Counted from the first letter of the stretch, positions 1 through 11,778 are shown. The stretch: DNA of 32,000 nt from Candidatus Saccharimonadota bacterium (GCA_965229705.1 OZ245922.1:1-32000), one strand, 5' to 3'. Translations and numbers: made by a program. Notes: generated by a model not told the origin, from the letters alone.

Positions 1-1622
1 GTTCAACCAGTCTCCTCTTACAGTGAGGATATATTCGCCAAGCAATGGCAGGAGCTTATGAGTATCTTCCTATAGGGCAGAGAGTTCTCAGAAATATTGA
101 AAATGTGATCAGACAAGAGATGGATCATGCTGGATATCATGAAACGCTCATGACTATTCTCACTCCTCGAGAGTACTGGGAAACAACGGGGAGATGGAAT
201 ATTCCTGAGTATTTCAAAGTCCCGTGACACGGTGAGATAGAGTACCGTATTGCTCCGACGAATGAAGAAAATATTACTCCTATCATGCGAGAGTTTATTC
301 AATCATACAAAGACCTTCCGACATGTGCTTATCATATTCAGAAAAAGTTTCGTAACGAACGACGGGCTAAGTCTGGCCTCCTGCGAGGAAGAGAGTTTAT
401 TATGAAAGATGCCTACTCGTTTCATGCCAGTAGAGAGGATTTTGACGACTTTTATGAAAAAATCAAAAAGGTGTATATGCGTATTTTTGAGAGACTTGGG
501 CTTGGAGATGATACCGTTATTGCTGATGCTGATGGAGGAGCTATATCTGATAAGAACTCTCACGAGTTTCAAACATTTCTTGAGGTGGGAGAAGATACTA
601 TTGTATCAGATAGTTCTGGCTACTGCTATAATCTTGAGCTTGCTGCGGGTGTGCCTGACGAGAAAAATATCTCAGAAAAAGAACTACCAATGCAGTATAT
701 TGATAGTGTTCCAGATATTGTAAATATGGAAAAGATGATGGCGTACTTCCATGCGCCAGACTGGCAAATGCTCAAAACAGTAGTGTATAAACTCCAAGAC
801 TCACACAAATATATTGCAGTAGCAATTCGAGGTGACCTAGATATCAATGAGATAAAACTCAGCAGGTTTATTCGTGAGAAATACAATGATAGTTTTACTC
901 TGGCAGGAGAATCTGATCTTGAAAAACTCTGAACAGTAAGAGGATTTATCTCTCCTCTAAGAGACGGAAAACTTGATTTCGATTGTTATGGTGATCATTC
1001 TCTCACCACCGTAAAAAACTTCTTTGGCTGAGCAAACCAGATCGCAAAATCTACAAAAAACATCAATCTCTCAGATCTCGATATCAAAGAATTTTGAGAT
1101 TTTTCTGAGCCGCGAGAAGGATTTACTTCTCTGAGTGTTCCTTGAGAAAAACTCACGTTTCGTAAAGCCTCAGAAGTAGGAAATATCTTTCATCTTGGAA
1201 CAAAGTATAGCAAGCCTTTTTGAGTAAGTTACCTTGATGAGAATAATCAGATGAGGGATGAGGTAGAGATGTGATGTTATGGTATAGGGGTGTCTCGCCT
1301 TATGGGAGTGATGGCTGAGTATTTTATGACGGAAAAAGGAATATCCTGGCCAGAACATATAGCTCCTGCGAGTTATTATATCATAGTGATAGGAGAGGAA
1401 CATATCGAGACAGCATACAAGATATGAGAGGCACTTGAGGAGAAATGAGAGAGAGTCATAGTTGATGATCGGATATGAAGAAAGGTATGATACGGTCAAA
1501 AGATGGGCGATTGTGAGTTATGGGGAGTTCCTCATCGTATTGTGGTTTCTCCCAAGACTTTGCAGCAGGGAGGATACGAGGTGTACAAGAGAGGAGAGGA
1601 AGTTTATATTGAGGAGTTGTAA
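1..1622 (+). CDS. proS: prolyl-tRNA synthetase (5' end lies outside the window)
   Basis: With TGA=Gly the frame is open from base 3: ..LLLQGGYIRQAMAGAYEYLPIGQRVL.., FRNERRAKSGLLRGREFIMKDAYSF, GCYGIGVSRLMG. It ends at TAA 1620-1622. Track ORFs 45..227 and 285..932 are fragments of this gene. Confidence 0.9.
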
Positions 1623-1828
1623 ATACCTTATCTCCTTACTTTTCCCTTATGACATCTCATAGTCCAGATAGACCAAAAGCATTAGTAAAAAAAACATCAT
1701 CCCAAGCAAGAGAGCTAGGCTTCCCTCAAGCTCACTCAGTGGTTCAAAGTTTATGAGCAGAAATGTGCTCCTTGAGTCCATGAAGAAAAAAGATTTTTGA
1801 CTCAGGACTTTGGCCACGAGAGAAAAAG

Positions 1829-2761
1829 ATGAGCCGTGAACTTGGTCTTTCAGAATTAGAAGAGCTCTGATATGAGCTATTTTATAGAGGAAAAAATGCT
1901 GACCTTTATGTCTGCCCAGGGACTGAGGATATACAAGTCCTACAAGTGCGAAGTGATAGAACCTCTGTTTTTGATATTCCCCTTGATCTAGAGATCGCAT
2001 GAAAATGAGAGATACAATCACAGATATCACAGCTCTGAGCGCAGTTTGTAGTAGAGAGAGGATTTGTAACCTGCTATACAGAATGAGCAGATAATATCCC
2101 CGAACACCTTCGAGCGAGATCTCAATGTATGTCTCTATGTGCCCCACTCACAATGAAGATTGATGGACATCAAAAAGGACTCGAACTGGTGATACGAAAC
2201 TTTCATACGGGTTCACTTTTTCAGCTGTATCAAAAATGACAAGACCCTTACGGACTCAATATTAGTCCATGAATGCTGGAATGGGAAAGATTTGATACAC
2301 CCCAGTTTACTCCAACAACCAAAGAAAAAAATGATACTCCTCTCAACTCAGAAATGGTAAGGTCACATTTTCCTCAGCTGATTGAAAGACTGGAAGCGCT
2401 CTTTGCAGATTTTACAGACCATATGAATCAGAGATGATATGTTGTTGTAGATACAAAGCTAGAAGTGTTTATAAACAGTTCAGGAGAATATGTTTTATGA
2501 GATGAGATTTTTACACCAGAAAGCTCTCGCTTTATCAAGAAAGAAGATTTTGAGGCAGGGAGATATATATCAGCTGATAAACAGATTATTCGAAATCTTG
2601 GCAGAGAACTTGGTTGGAAAGAAAAATGGAGAACAGCTATATCTCAAAACCCTGAAAAAAAATTTCTTACAGTATCAGAATCTGTAGGAGATGATATTCG
2701 ATTGCAAGTCTTGGAATGATATCAGTGAATACTTCGTGCAATGAACAATGAGAGATGATAG
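1829..2761 (+). CDS. purC: SAICAR synthase (phosphoribosylaminoimidazole-succinocarboxamide synthase), long form
   Basis: I read it codon by codon with TGA=Gly and found no TAA/TAG. Motifs: YRGKNADLYV, LQVRSDRTSVFDIPL..IAGKGE, VVVDTKLEVF..GEYVLGDEIFTPESSRF, ADKQIIRNLGRELGW. Stop is TAG 2759-2761. An in-frame ATG at 1649 is an alternative start. Confidence 0.8.
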
Positions 2762-2803
2762 CTTATTTCAGACAAGTTGAATTTTCCTTGAACTACAAAG
2801 TTT

Positions 2804-2822
2804 ATACCCTCTGGGTATTTTT
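2804..2822. terminator. short hairpin plus T-run between convergent purC and the wHTH gene
   Basis: ATACCC-TCT-GGGTAT followed by TTTTT. The stem is only 6 bp. Confidence 0.35.
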
Positions 2823-2850
2823 ACACATTTCCTATTTTTCGTTGTTTCTC

Positions 2851-3450
2851 TTACAGTTTTTCTCTCACTTTCAAGGTATCTTTGATAAAAATATTGCCTT
2901 TTTCTCTCAAAATATTGTGTATCAGCTTGTCCCCATAGGAGAGACGATTAAAAAAATCTTCTGCCGAGATGATGGCAAACTTGATCTTTTTATCAAAAAA
3001 AATACTTTGCAAAAATTCAGAAAAAACATCTCTGTCTATTTCCCCAATCATAAAAATATCTAAAATCGCTTTTCCATCTTCGGTGAGTTTATGCTTCACG
3101 CTTTCATTGACGATAACTAACTCAAGAAGATTTTGCTTTTTAAAAAATGCTTTGATAGCATCAAGCGGATTATAATTTTTGAGAAAAATACTCTGAAACT
3201 CACTCAGGTAGAGGAAATTTGGATTGATAAAAAATATTTTTTTTCTCAGTTCTATTTTAGATTTGAGAACACCGAGTTCTTCGAGATTATCCAGTTCACG
3301 CTTGATAGAATTTATTTGTTCATCAAGATCACGAGCAAGACCACGCATATGAAATCCCTCATTTTTTCACGCGTAAAACTCAAGAAAAAGCTTTTCAAGA
3401 ACTTTTGCTCTACTCTTAGAACCAAATATTTTTGAGAGATCGAGTTTCAT
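2851..3450 (-). CDS. winged-helix (ArsR/MarR-like) DNA-binding protein, hypothetical
   Basis: This is track ORF 2851..3348 extended upstream through one TGA to ATG 3450; 600 nt, in frame. N-terminus: MKLDLSKIFGSKSRAKVLEKLFLEFYAGKNEGFHMRGLARDLDEQINSIKRELDNLEELGVL (wHTH pattern). Confidence 0.6.
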
Positions 3451-3506
3451 ATGACGAAAAAAGGGAGGTTTCCATAATATATGTATGAGCGTACTATATT
3501 GACTTT

Positions 3507-3986
3507 CTACTTGGAGGCAAACTCATTTTCAAAGCCCTGCTTTTTCAAACACAACTCTATATCATGGTAGGGAAGTCTCCCAGGAACAAAGTGGTAGTGA
3601 ATATGTTCAATACTCCGAGGCTTCACTCATTCACGCACAAACATAAAATAGTCATCTTCTCCGTATTTTTCACGCATCACTTTTTCTACCTCTCGAAACT
3701 CAAGAGCTTCCTCATCACTCAAATCTTTACTCAACACCACATGCCTATAGGGAATAGCCAGAAACATATTACTCAGTCACAAAATAGGGTATTTGTTATG
3801 AGCAATAAACCAGTGTTTTCCCTCCCAAATAACATAGCAATAGTTCTCTGGAAGAGTGTATTGGCAAAATGGGCAATCACTCACTCACTTGTCAGAGGGT
3901 TGTACCTCATGCCATATGTCTCTGCTTAAAAATTTCATATCTTCATAGTAAAAATTATTTGCAATAGTATAGCTTTTTTCTATCAT
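3507..3986 (-). CDS. HIT (histidine triad) family hydrolase
   Basis: Reverse-strand translation with TGA=Gly; 480 nt. Contains CPFC.., WFIAHNKYPILG and the histidine triad IEHIHYHFVPG. Stop TAG. The + strand track ORF 3564..3929 is antisense to it. Confidence 0.8.
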
Positions 3987-4020
3987 ATTCCTATATTATT
4001 TTCAGCAGTTTTTTAAAAAT

Positions 4021-5304
4021 ATGCAATACATTAAACATGACTTAGAACAAAGAGGTTTTCTTCATCAGACAACGCATGAAGAAGTATTTGAAAAGTTTGA
4101 GGGTGGTGGACAAAATTTTTATTTTGGTGTTGACTGTAGCGCTGATAGCATGACTATTGGAAACTTTGTGGCTCTTATGATGGCAATACACTTTATGATG
4201 AGAGGCAATAAGTGTTATCTCCTGGTTGGAGGAGCAACCTCAACTATAGGAAATCCGAGTGGAAAAGACAGTGAAAGACCTATCCTCACGCCAGAACAGT
4301 TAGAAAAAAATCAGGCAGGAATTACCCGACAATTTTCTCGTTTGGTAGATAATATCAAAGACCAAACCGGAAAAGTACTCCAATATGAGGTTGTGAATAA
4401 CTATGACTTTCATAAAAATATGACAAGTTTGGAGTATCTTCGAGAAGTATGACGCTACATGACCGTGAACTGGATGCTGTGAAAGGATATTGTGAAAAAC
4501 CGAGTCACTGATCCTGATAAATCCATTTCTTATGCAGAGTTTAGTTATATGCTCATTATGTGATACGACTATTATTATCTCTGGAAGCATCATGGAGTCA
4601 CTCTTGAGGTATGAGGAAGTGATGAGTGGGATGGGATACTCGCAGGTCTGGAACTCATCCATAAAAAAGATGGTGGTACAGCTTATGGTGTAACAAATAA
4701 ACTGATCACAGACGCAAATGGAAAAAAGTTTGGAAAGTCAGAGGGCAATGCTCTATGGCTTGATGAAAATAAAACATCACCATTTGAATTGTATCAATAC
4801 TTTATCAACACTCTTGATAATGATGTGGAAAAATATCTTCGTCTTTTGAGTTTTAAAACTCTTGAGGAAATAGGAGAGATATATCAAGAACATATGAAGC
4901 AGCCAGAGCTTCGTATGGGGCAAAAAGTTCTTGCTCGTGAAGCAGTCTCTCTGATACATGGATCGAGTATTGCAGAGTATTGTGAGAAAATCACAGAATT
5001 TCTTTTTGGAAAAGGGAACAAGATGGAGCTTCTTTCAGGGCTTGACTCAGAGCAATTTGAACTCTTTTTCAAAGAGATAGGAGGAGTAGCCTACAATGAT
5101 GATGTATCTCTTACACAGCTTTTTATCGATTCTGGTCTTGAGATATCTGTATCTTCAGCTACGAGGAGCGTGAGAGAAAATGGACTTTCAGTAAATGGAG
5201 AAAAGATTTCAGATTTTGAGGGAAGTATCGAAGCATATTTTTGACAAAGAAAATTTTTCTTACTAGGGAAGGGGAAGAAGAGTTTTAGGATAGTGAAGAG
5301 ATAG
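4021..5304 (+). CDS. tyrS: tyrosyl-tRNA synthetase
   Basis: One frame joins track ORFs 4021..4452 and 4789..5244 through TGA codons that fall on conserved Gly: LREV-G-RYMTVN, IM-G-YDYYYL, LEV-G-GSDEW. KFGKS loop present. The S4-like tail ..FFLLGKGKKSFRIVKR ends at TAG 5302-5304. Confidence 0.95.
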
Positions 5305-5366
5305 AAAAAATGCGTAAGAGACCAGTCTCGAGAAAATAAACATGCCTTTCTCAGAGGTTCCTTAAA
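5305..5366. repeat. truncated MITE-like repeat (A-type, one terminus only)
   Basis: GCGTAAGAGACCAGTCTCGAGAAAATAAACATGCCTTTCTCAGAGGTTCCTTAA matches the inner and terminal parts of the copies at 13460, 17061 and 22208. It starts directly after the tyrS stop. Confidence 0.7.
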
Positions 5367-5392
5367 AGTGTAATACATAACTCATATATGCT

Positions 5393-6268
5393 ATGAATAA
5401 TATTTCTCTCAAGAAACTCAAAAATGGTTTTGAGATGCCTCTTCTCGGTATCGGAACATGGCGCATGTGAGGTATGTGAACGCGAGACCCACACAATGAT
5501 GATGCAAGAGATATCAAGGCTCTTCGATACGCTATCTCGCAATGACTCATATGTATAGATTCAGCAGAAATGTATGCTGGCTGATATAGTGAAACACTTC
5601 TTGGTCAGGCAATACAAAATACTCCGAGAGAAGAGCTCTTTCTCTCTTCAAAAGTTCGAGGAGATAACTGCTCATACACGGCAATAAAAAATGCCTGCCG
5701 TAATAGCCTCCAGAGACTCTGAGTAGAGTATCTAGATTTGTATTACATTCACTGGCGTGATGCCCAGTTTTCACTCAAAGACGCTATGCGAGCGATGAAT
5801 GAACTCGTAGATGAATGACTGATACGCTATATAGGAGTTTCAAACTTTTCTATCGAGAGCCTCCAAGAGGCGCAAAAACACTCTGAGTATCCTATCGTGG
5901 CAAACCAGGTACATTTCAATCTTATATTCCGAGAACTTGAGGTATCAGGTCTACTACAATACTGTCAAGAAAATGATATCATGCTGGTCGCTTGGCGTCC
6001 TTTTGAATATGGAGAATTTGCTACTCCAGATGCTCAAATACTCTTAGATACGATATCTGAGCAGTATAACAAAACACATTTTCAGATAGCGCTCAACTGG
6101 ATTATATGACACCCTAATGTTGTCACACTTTTTATGTCTCGAACACCAGAAAATATAGATGAAAACTTATGAGCACTTTGATGGAGTCTGAATAGTAAAG
6201 ATATGCAAAAACTCTCCAAAGATTTCCCAGGTCAGAGAGATATTTCAAATGCTGTACCTTTAGAATAA
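5393..6268 (+). CDS. aldo/keto reductase
   Basis: MNNISLKKLKNGFEMPLLGIGTW.., IDSAEMYAGGYSE, YLDLYYIHW, IRYIGVSNFS, VANQVHFNL. Frame shared with track ORF 5897..6109. Stop TAA 6266-6268. Confidence 0.9.
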
Positions 6269-6286
6269 AAAAAGTATAAAAAATAT

Positions 6287-6315
6287 TTGACAGTAAAAAT
6301 ATGTATATATAATAT
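6287..6315 (+). promoter_or_regulatory. sigma70-like promoter
   Basis: TTGACA (6287-6292), then either a 15-nt spacer to TATAAT (6308-6313) or a 17-nt spacer to TAATAT (6310-6315). No protein gene follows on this strand. Confidence 0.5.
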
Positions 6316-6319
6316 CTGT

Positions 6320-6440
6320 CCTTGAAGGAGGACAAGCCTATTTTTAGCTTTTGGGCTTGATCTTGTAGCGAAAAAGGTACCACTTAAAACGCTACAAGAC
6401 CGTTGATATAAAATATCGACGGTCTTCCTTTCTCTTTTTT
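6320..6440 (+). ncRNA. candidate small structured RNA of unknown class
   Basis: Bounded by the promoter above and an intrinsic terminator. Internal hairpins: CAAGCC..GGCTTG, and TCTTGTAGCG-loop-CGCTACAAGA (10 bp). No start codon follows the AGGAGG at 6327-6332. Confidence 0.4.
6398..6440 (+). terminator. intrinsic terminator
   Basis: GACCGTTGATAT-AAA-ATATCGACGGTC (12 bp with one G.U pair) followed by TTCCTTTCTCTTTTTT. Confidence 0.6.
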
Positions 6441-6497
6441 GAGAAGTATATATATTATCCTTCTGTATCATTTGATTGCAGACTGGAAATACAAGAG

Positions 6498-6518
6498 GAC
6501 TCGAAAGAGTCTTTTTTT
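6498..6518. terminator. GNRA-loop hairpin plus T-run, downstream of the convergent PKD gene
   Basis: GACTC-GAAA-GAGTC followed by TTTTTTT, located 9 nt from the stop of the minus-strand gene 6527..9181. Confidence 0.45.
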
Positions 6519-6526
6519 GTAATGAT

Positions 6527-9181
6527 TTATTTTTTGTATACCTGTATATTTACGCTATCACTCATAGAATTATTATTTGAAAACGCTACCTTGAGAGTGA
6601 CAGTATAACTTCCAGTTTTTGAGTAACTATGAGTGGGATTTGCCTCGGTAGAAATATTTCCATCACCAAAATCCCAAAAATACTCCATGATCTGCCCCTG
6701 AGAATCAGCGGATGAAAAATCAATTCCTTGTCAGATAGGAGCTCTTTTGAGACTCGTTTTTATAGAAACATCTTGCGCAGGAGGGAGAAGTACCAAACTC
6801 TTTTCTAGAGAATATTTTTTTCCGGATTTTCCCGTAACTGTCAGCCTGACCGTATAGTCTCCAGCTTTTTTGTAGGTATGTCATGGATTGATAGCGTCTC
6901 TCTCTTCTATGATACCATCACCATAGTCGTAGGTAAACTTTACGATATCATCATTTTTGATAAAAGATTTTGAGGCGTCAAAACGTACACTCACAGGAAC
7001 ATAGTTGTCCTCATATTGCATATCCAGACTCAAAACAGCATCTTTTTTGAGTCCTTCGATATATACAAACTCTGAGAGGTTGATAATGTCATCTTTGTTT
7101 CTTCTATGTTCAAAGGTGTAATTGACTCTAAGAGTATGATTTCCAGCTGTGGGTATCTCCATATCAAACCTCTCTCCATTTCCATCAATATCTCCATCAT
7201 TTCATATATCCCATGTGACATCACTGAGTACATAGAGAATATTTTCAGGTCTCACATATCGAGCAATAAAACTGAGAGTGCTTGGTACTCCTTGCTCATC
7301 AATAAAATACTCATGAGCATTTTCCTCATATCGTATATTTTCGAGATCTTCTCATTGTTGGTTCTCTATGATAAGAGATGAACGGAGTTTGAGTTGTTTT
7401 TGTAGCGTAATGATTTGTGTGAGGAGTTTTTGAGCACCAGTAGTATCTGTCAAAACCACTTCTATTTCTTGGTCTCCAAAGCGAGAGAAAGTATGCTGTA
7501 TCACCTCTGAACTGTTTGATCCAGAACTCTTGGGTCAGACACTATATGTTTTATCCTCTATACGCCACTGGTAGCTTTCGATAAAACCATTTCCAAAAGC
7601 AGTAGCAGCATCTATTACCTGAAAACTATAAGACAATTCATCTTCGAGAGATGCGAGGGCTTGTATATCTCATACTATTTCTGATTGACCATCGTTTCAT
7701 AGCTTAAGAACTTTATCTATCTGTGGATCAGTAGTATTTCATGACTGAAGAGATACACCGACATATATATCATAAAAGAAAATATCACTCGGAAAGAACT
7801 CATATCATGTATATATTTCTGTCCATTCAGGATATCGAGGATTTGGATTATCTGCTGTTTTTGGTTCAAGGAAATACCATACAACTTCTCATAAATTCTT
7901 GAGATTCTGAGCATCAAAAGAGACTTTTTTCCCTCAACTTTTTGTTTTTGTTTCTCGCATGTTTATAGTGTGAGAAATAGTCACGGCAGGAACATTGACG
8001 ATTTCTTGGGTGAGAGGATTCCCCTCTATATCTGTTCCTTGCGCTCTCACAGATATTTCATAGTTTCATATATCAGAAAAAGTTTTTATGATTTCGGGAG
8101 TAAAGCTTTCTTCTGTAATATCACCAAAACTCCAAATATATTTTTTTACCTGAAAGCCTTTTTTTGCTTGAGAATCTTGAAAGTTATTCAGATCAAAGCG
8201 AAGAGTTACAGGTCCTATCAGATTTTCACTACTAGATAAAAGCGCCTGTGTATCACGAAACTGTGAAGAGATAAGCAGATCATTATCAAATATCTTGAGG
8301 TCTCCGTATGCTTGTTCTTGCCAGTTTGGGAGGTTTTTTATTTGTTGATCAATATACATCCATGCGCTTCCCGTCATAAAAGTGAAAAGTAGGAGAGTCG
8401 CAGAAAGTATTGCAAAGTTGATACGCTTTTTTCTCAATACTTTTTTGGTAAGTATAAATGTGAGCAGAGCATATGAGAGAGCAATGGTACAGATAAAAAG
8501 CAGTATGGAAAATATGAGACTAACAATTTGTGATATAAAGCTATTGATATCATTGAGGTTGATTCATAAGCTGGCGAAGAATTTTACATCTTCCACTGTT
8601 TTTGCATTCAGTACAATAAAGGCAATAAAAGCTCCTCAGAGTATGAGTCATACAAAGAGGATTGCTCATAAAAATCAAAATATTGCTGAGAGAGGGGTCT
8701 TGGCTTTTTGTTTTTTTGCTTGAACACTGAGATCTTCTTTGACGCGTATCCATAGTCGTTCCCCATTTTGTCATGGAGCAGTTTTACTGTGTATATGAAA
8801 GTTTTTTGACGAGACAGATACTTTTCCTTTTCCTTCTTGCTCGACATCTGTATTTTCGAGAATGAGTCCTGTGAGTTGTTTGAGTTTGAAGAGTATGTTG
8901 GTATAGTTTGGATACTTTATATATCGAATTTCTCGGTCTATATTATCCTGTTTACATGTGATTTTGACCTCATTTTCTTCAGGTTCTACGATGATGTAGT
9001 CATATTCTTTTTCATGCAGGAGTGTCACAACATCTTCAAGAGACTGGATATTGATATCTATGATTTTACTTGCAGGTATTTTCTCTGGAGTTTTTTGCTC
9101 TTTTTCACCAGTATCTTGAGGAGTATGTGTATGAGTTTCTGCAGAAAGGGGATCAATAGTTGACGTGTTTTCTTGTGGCAT
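6527..9181 (-). CDS. 884-aa membrane protein: GspE/PilB N2-like N-terminal domain, 3 TM helices, about 4 PKD-like repeats
   Basis: I translated all 885 codons on the reverse strand; the only stop is TAA 6527-6529. It fuses track ORFs 8771..9181, 8066..8437 and 6881..7162. N-terminus: YDYIIVEPEENEVKITCKQDNIDREIRY..LKQLTGLIL..GKGKVSV..HIHSKTAPGQNGERLWIRV. TM helices: LSAIFGFLGAILFVGLILGGAFIAFIVL, IVSLIFSILLFICTIALSYALLTFIL, INFAILSATLLLFTFMTGSAWMY. PKD motifs: YIWSFGD, VSFDAQN, VTWDIGNDGDIDGNG, VRFDASKS..FTYDYGDG, YFWDFGDGNISTEANPTHSYSKTGSYTVTLKV. Confidence 0.85.
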
Positions 9182-9526
9182 TATTTCCTCTTTTATTTTT
9201 TCTTTCTCAGAAGTCTTTTGTCTATCCTCGTGAACGGGAGATACATTTCTATTTCAGATAGGAGGAGTATTTTCGCTTACTTCTTCATCAATATTGAGAT
9301 TGAGTTTGGAAGGGTCAAAGTTGTTCATAGTTTTTATATTCTATATCCTTTTGCTCGAAAAAGCCCTTTTAAGGAAAAAATAAATTTCTTTATACAAATA
9401 ATAGCATATAAAAGGGAAAAATGTATAAAAAAAGCCTTGACGAAGCTGACTCAGAGTGAGAAAACAATTATCAACAAAAAACCCTTCAAAATTATGACAA
9501 CTTTCAAAAAAAGAGAAGAATCTATC

Positions 9527-9635
9527 TTCCCCTCCCTTATCAAGGGAGGGGTCAGGGGAGGGTTACATATTCTAGAGATGGCTCGGTAGAACCAGAGAGG
9601 ATGAGAAATTTTCTATTTTTCAGAGTCTCCTTTAA
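9527..9635. repeat. MITE-like repeat, B-type (one clear terminus plus a G/C-rich hairpin)
   Basis: The reverse complement reads TTAAAGGAGACTCTGAAAAATAGAAAATTTCTCATCCTCTCTGGTTCTACCGAGCCATCTCT, then the hairpin CCCCTCCCTTGATAAGGGAGGGG. The core matches the copies at 15641 and 23313. Confidence 0.65.
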
Positions 9636-9693
9636 ATTCTTGTTTTTAGACTTTCCTGCATATAATCTCTGGAATATCAGCAGAGATTTTTTT

Positions 9694-11778
9694 ATGAAGA
9701 AACATATCAGAAAATGACAGGCATGATCTCAGAATCTTCTTCCAAAAAAGAAAGCAGTCACAAAAAAGATTTTTTATCAGTCGACTCCAAAAAAACATCA
9801 TACGACTCTAGAGTGAGTATATAAACAGATAAATGAAAGAGTTGCTTTTATTGATGTAATATATGAGAAAACAAACGAAAAAAAATGATACTTTGTGCAT
9901 AGCTCAAATACACTTTGAGCCTTTGATGGAGATAGAGTTGTATTTCGTACAAAGTTTTTTCGTGGAAGAGAGGAGGCAGTGATATGTAGTGTTGTTCAGC
10001 GGAGTACAAAAATGATTATTTGAAAACTCCAAATAGGCAAAAAGTTTGCCTTTGTTCTTCCGGAAAACTCCATCATAAAAAAAGATATCTTTATTCCTGG
10101 GAAACACCTCAGGTGATATACACACGGAGAAGAAGTTGCCGTACAAATACTCAAGTGGGAAGGAAAGTCCCCAGAATGAAGAATCATGGAATCAATACAA
10201 AAAATGCCAAAAGGGCGAGAAGATATATACAAGATAGCTTTGCAAGAATGAGTGAGAGTAAACTTTTGAAACAACTTACAGATGGTGAGACCGGTCTCAA
10301 TAGAAAAAGAAAAAAAGACTCGTCAAGATCTTCGATCACTCTATACTTTTACGATAGATGGAAGTGAGAGTAAAGACCTTGATGATGCTCTTTCCCTACA
10401 ACCTCTTTTTGCCGAATCTCGCGAAGGAGAAAAACCCAAACAGCAAAAGGGATGGAGACTCTTTGTGCATATTGCTGATGTTACTCACTTTGTACCAGAA
10501 AACTCATCGCTTGATAGAGAAGCTCGAAAAAGAGCAACAAGTATATATCTTGCAGATCAAGTGATACCTATGCTTCCAAAAAAACTTTCAAATGAACTGT
10601 GTTCTCTTCATCCCGGAGAAGACAAACTGACTCTGACTTGTGAGATGCATCTCGATTTAGAGGGAAGAGTACAAAATACGCAGGTCTATGAGAGTATTAT
10701 TTCCTCTGACTATAGACTGACATATCAAGAGGTAGAGTCTCTCACGGAAAAACCCTGAAGCAGTATATCTTGAGAAGATTTACAACTTTGAGACCTGCTT
10801 CAGTTTTGATGAAAGCTAACGCGCGAACTCCAAGATCATCTCAACCATCTCAAAAAACTCACAGATATACTGAAAAAAAATGCGACAAAGCGATGAGTAC
10901 TCAGTTTTGATTTTCCAGAAACATATGTGGAACTAGATACCACATGACAACCACTCAATTATAGAGATTATCCACGCTATGATTCTCACAAAATCATCGA
11001 AGTGTGTATGGTGCTTGCGAATGAGCAGGTAGCAAAAATGTTTTCAAAAATCCCATTTTTGTACCGAGTACACGAAGATCCAGACCCAGAAGATATAGAC
11101 AGTTTTCTTGTGATGCTGGAAAAGATATCGCATGAAAAACATATTTCCCAGACTCTTTCTTCTCAAAAGGGGTTTAGGAGTTTTTCTGATATATGAGCCT
11201 TTCTTCAGAAACATCCCTCTCTCTCATATTTACAAAGAAGACTTTTGAGGTCAATGGCAAAGGCAAAGTATAGTGAAAAAAACCTATGACACTTCTGACT
11301 TGCTTTACAATACTACACACATTTTACTTCTCCTATTCGTCGATATAGTGACTTACAAATACACAGGATTATCAAAGAATATATTACGGGAAAAACATGA
11401 ATATCTCGAGAAAGAAAAGATCATTATCAAGAGATACTTCCAAAAGTTGCTCGACAATGTAGTGAAATGTCTGAGAGAGCAGAAAAAATAGAATATCGCG
11501 TGAGAGATATGCATGGATGTAAGTATATGCAGGAAAAAATCTGACAATATTTTACAGGGCGTATTTCTTGAGTGGGAACAAAGTGATTTTTTGTAGAACT
11601 TGAAAATACTATTGAGTGATTTGTTGAGTATGCTTTGAGTTGATATCAGATGCAAGAAGACGCTATAGGCATAGTACATATCAGCTCTGGAGAAGAAAAA
11701 TACTTTGGAGATGCCGTTGAACTGCGACTCATCAATGTAGATATGCAGAGATATAAAATTGAGTTTGATTTAAGATAG
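9694..11778 (+). CDS. rnr: ribonuclease R / RNase II family exoribonuclease
   Basis: Same frame as track ORFs 10282..10758 and 11002..11196, joined through TGA=Gly. Motifs: [67 protein letters not shown]-terminal S1-like GRISGVGTKGFFVEL. Stop TAG 11776-11778. Confidence 0.9.

Noticed and set aside
6320-6440. Identity of the candidate sRNA as SRP (4.5S) RNA, 6S RNA, tmRNA or a riboswitch.
   Set aside because: I could not find the SRP domain IV pattern (GGAA-type tetraloop with flanking AGCA/GGAA loops), a tRNA-like end, or a downstream regulated gene. It is left as unknown class.
9182-9327. An upstream ATG (9327) opens MNNFDPSKLNLNIDEEVSEN..KEKIKEEI, which could be an N-terminal extension of the 884-aa protein.
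   Set aside because: It is in a different frame from ATG 9181, and the main frame has TAG at 9221-9223. Joining them would need a frameshift near the A-rich run at 9185-9200. Without read data I kept ATG 9181. An indel error or a short upstream ORF remains possible.
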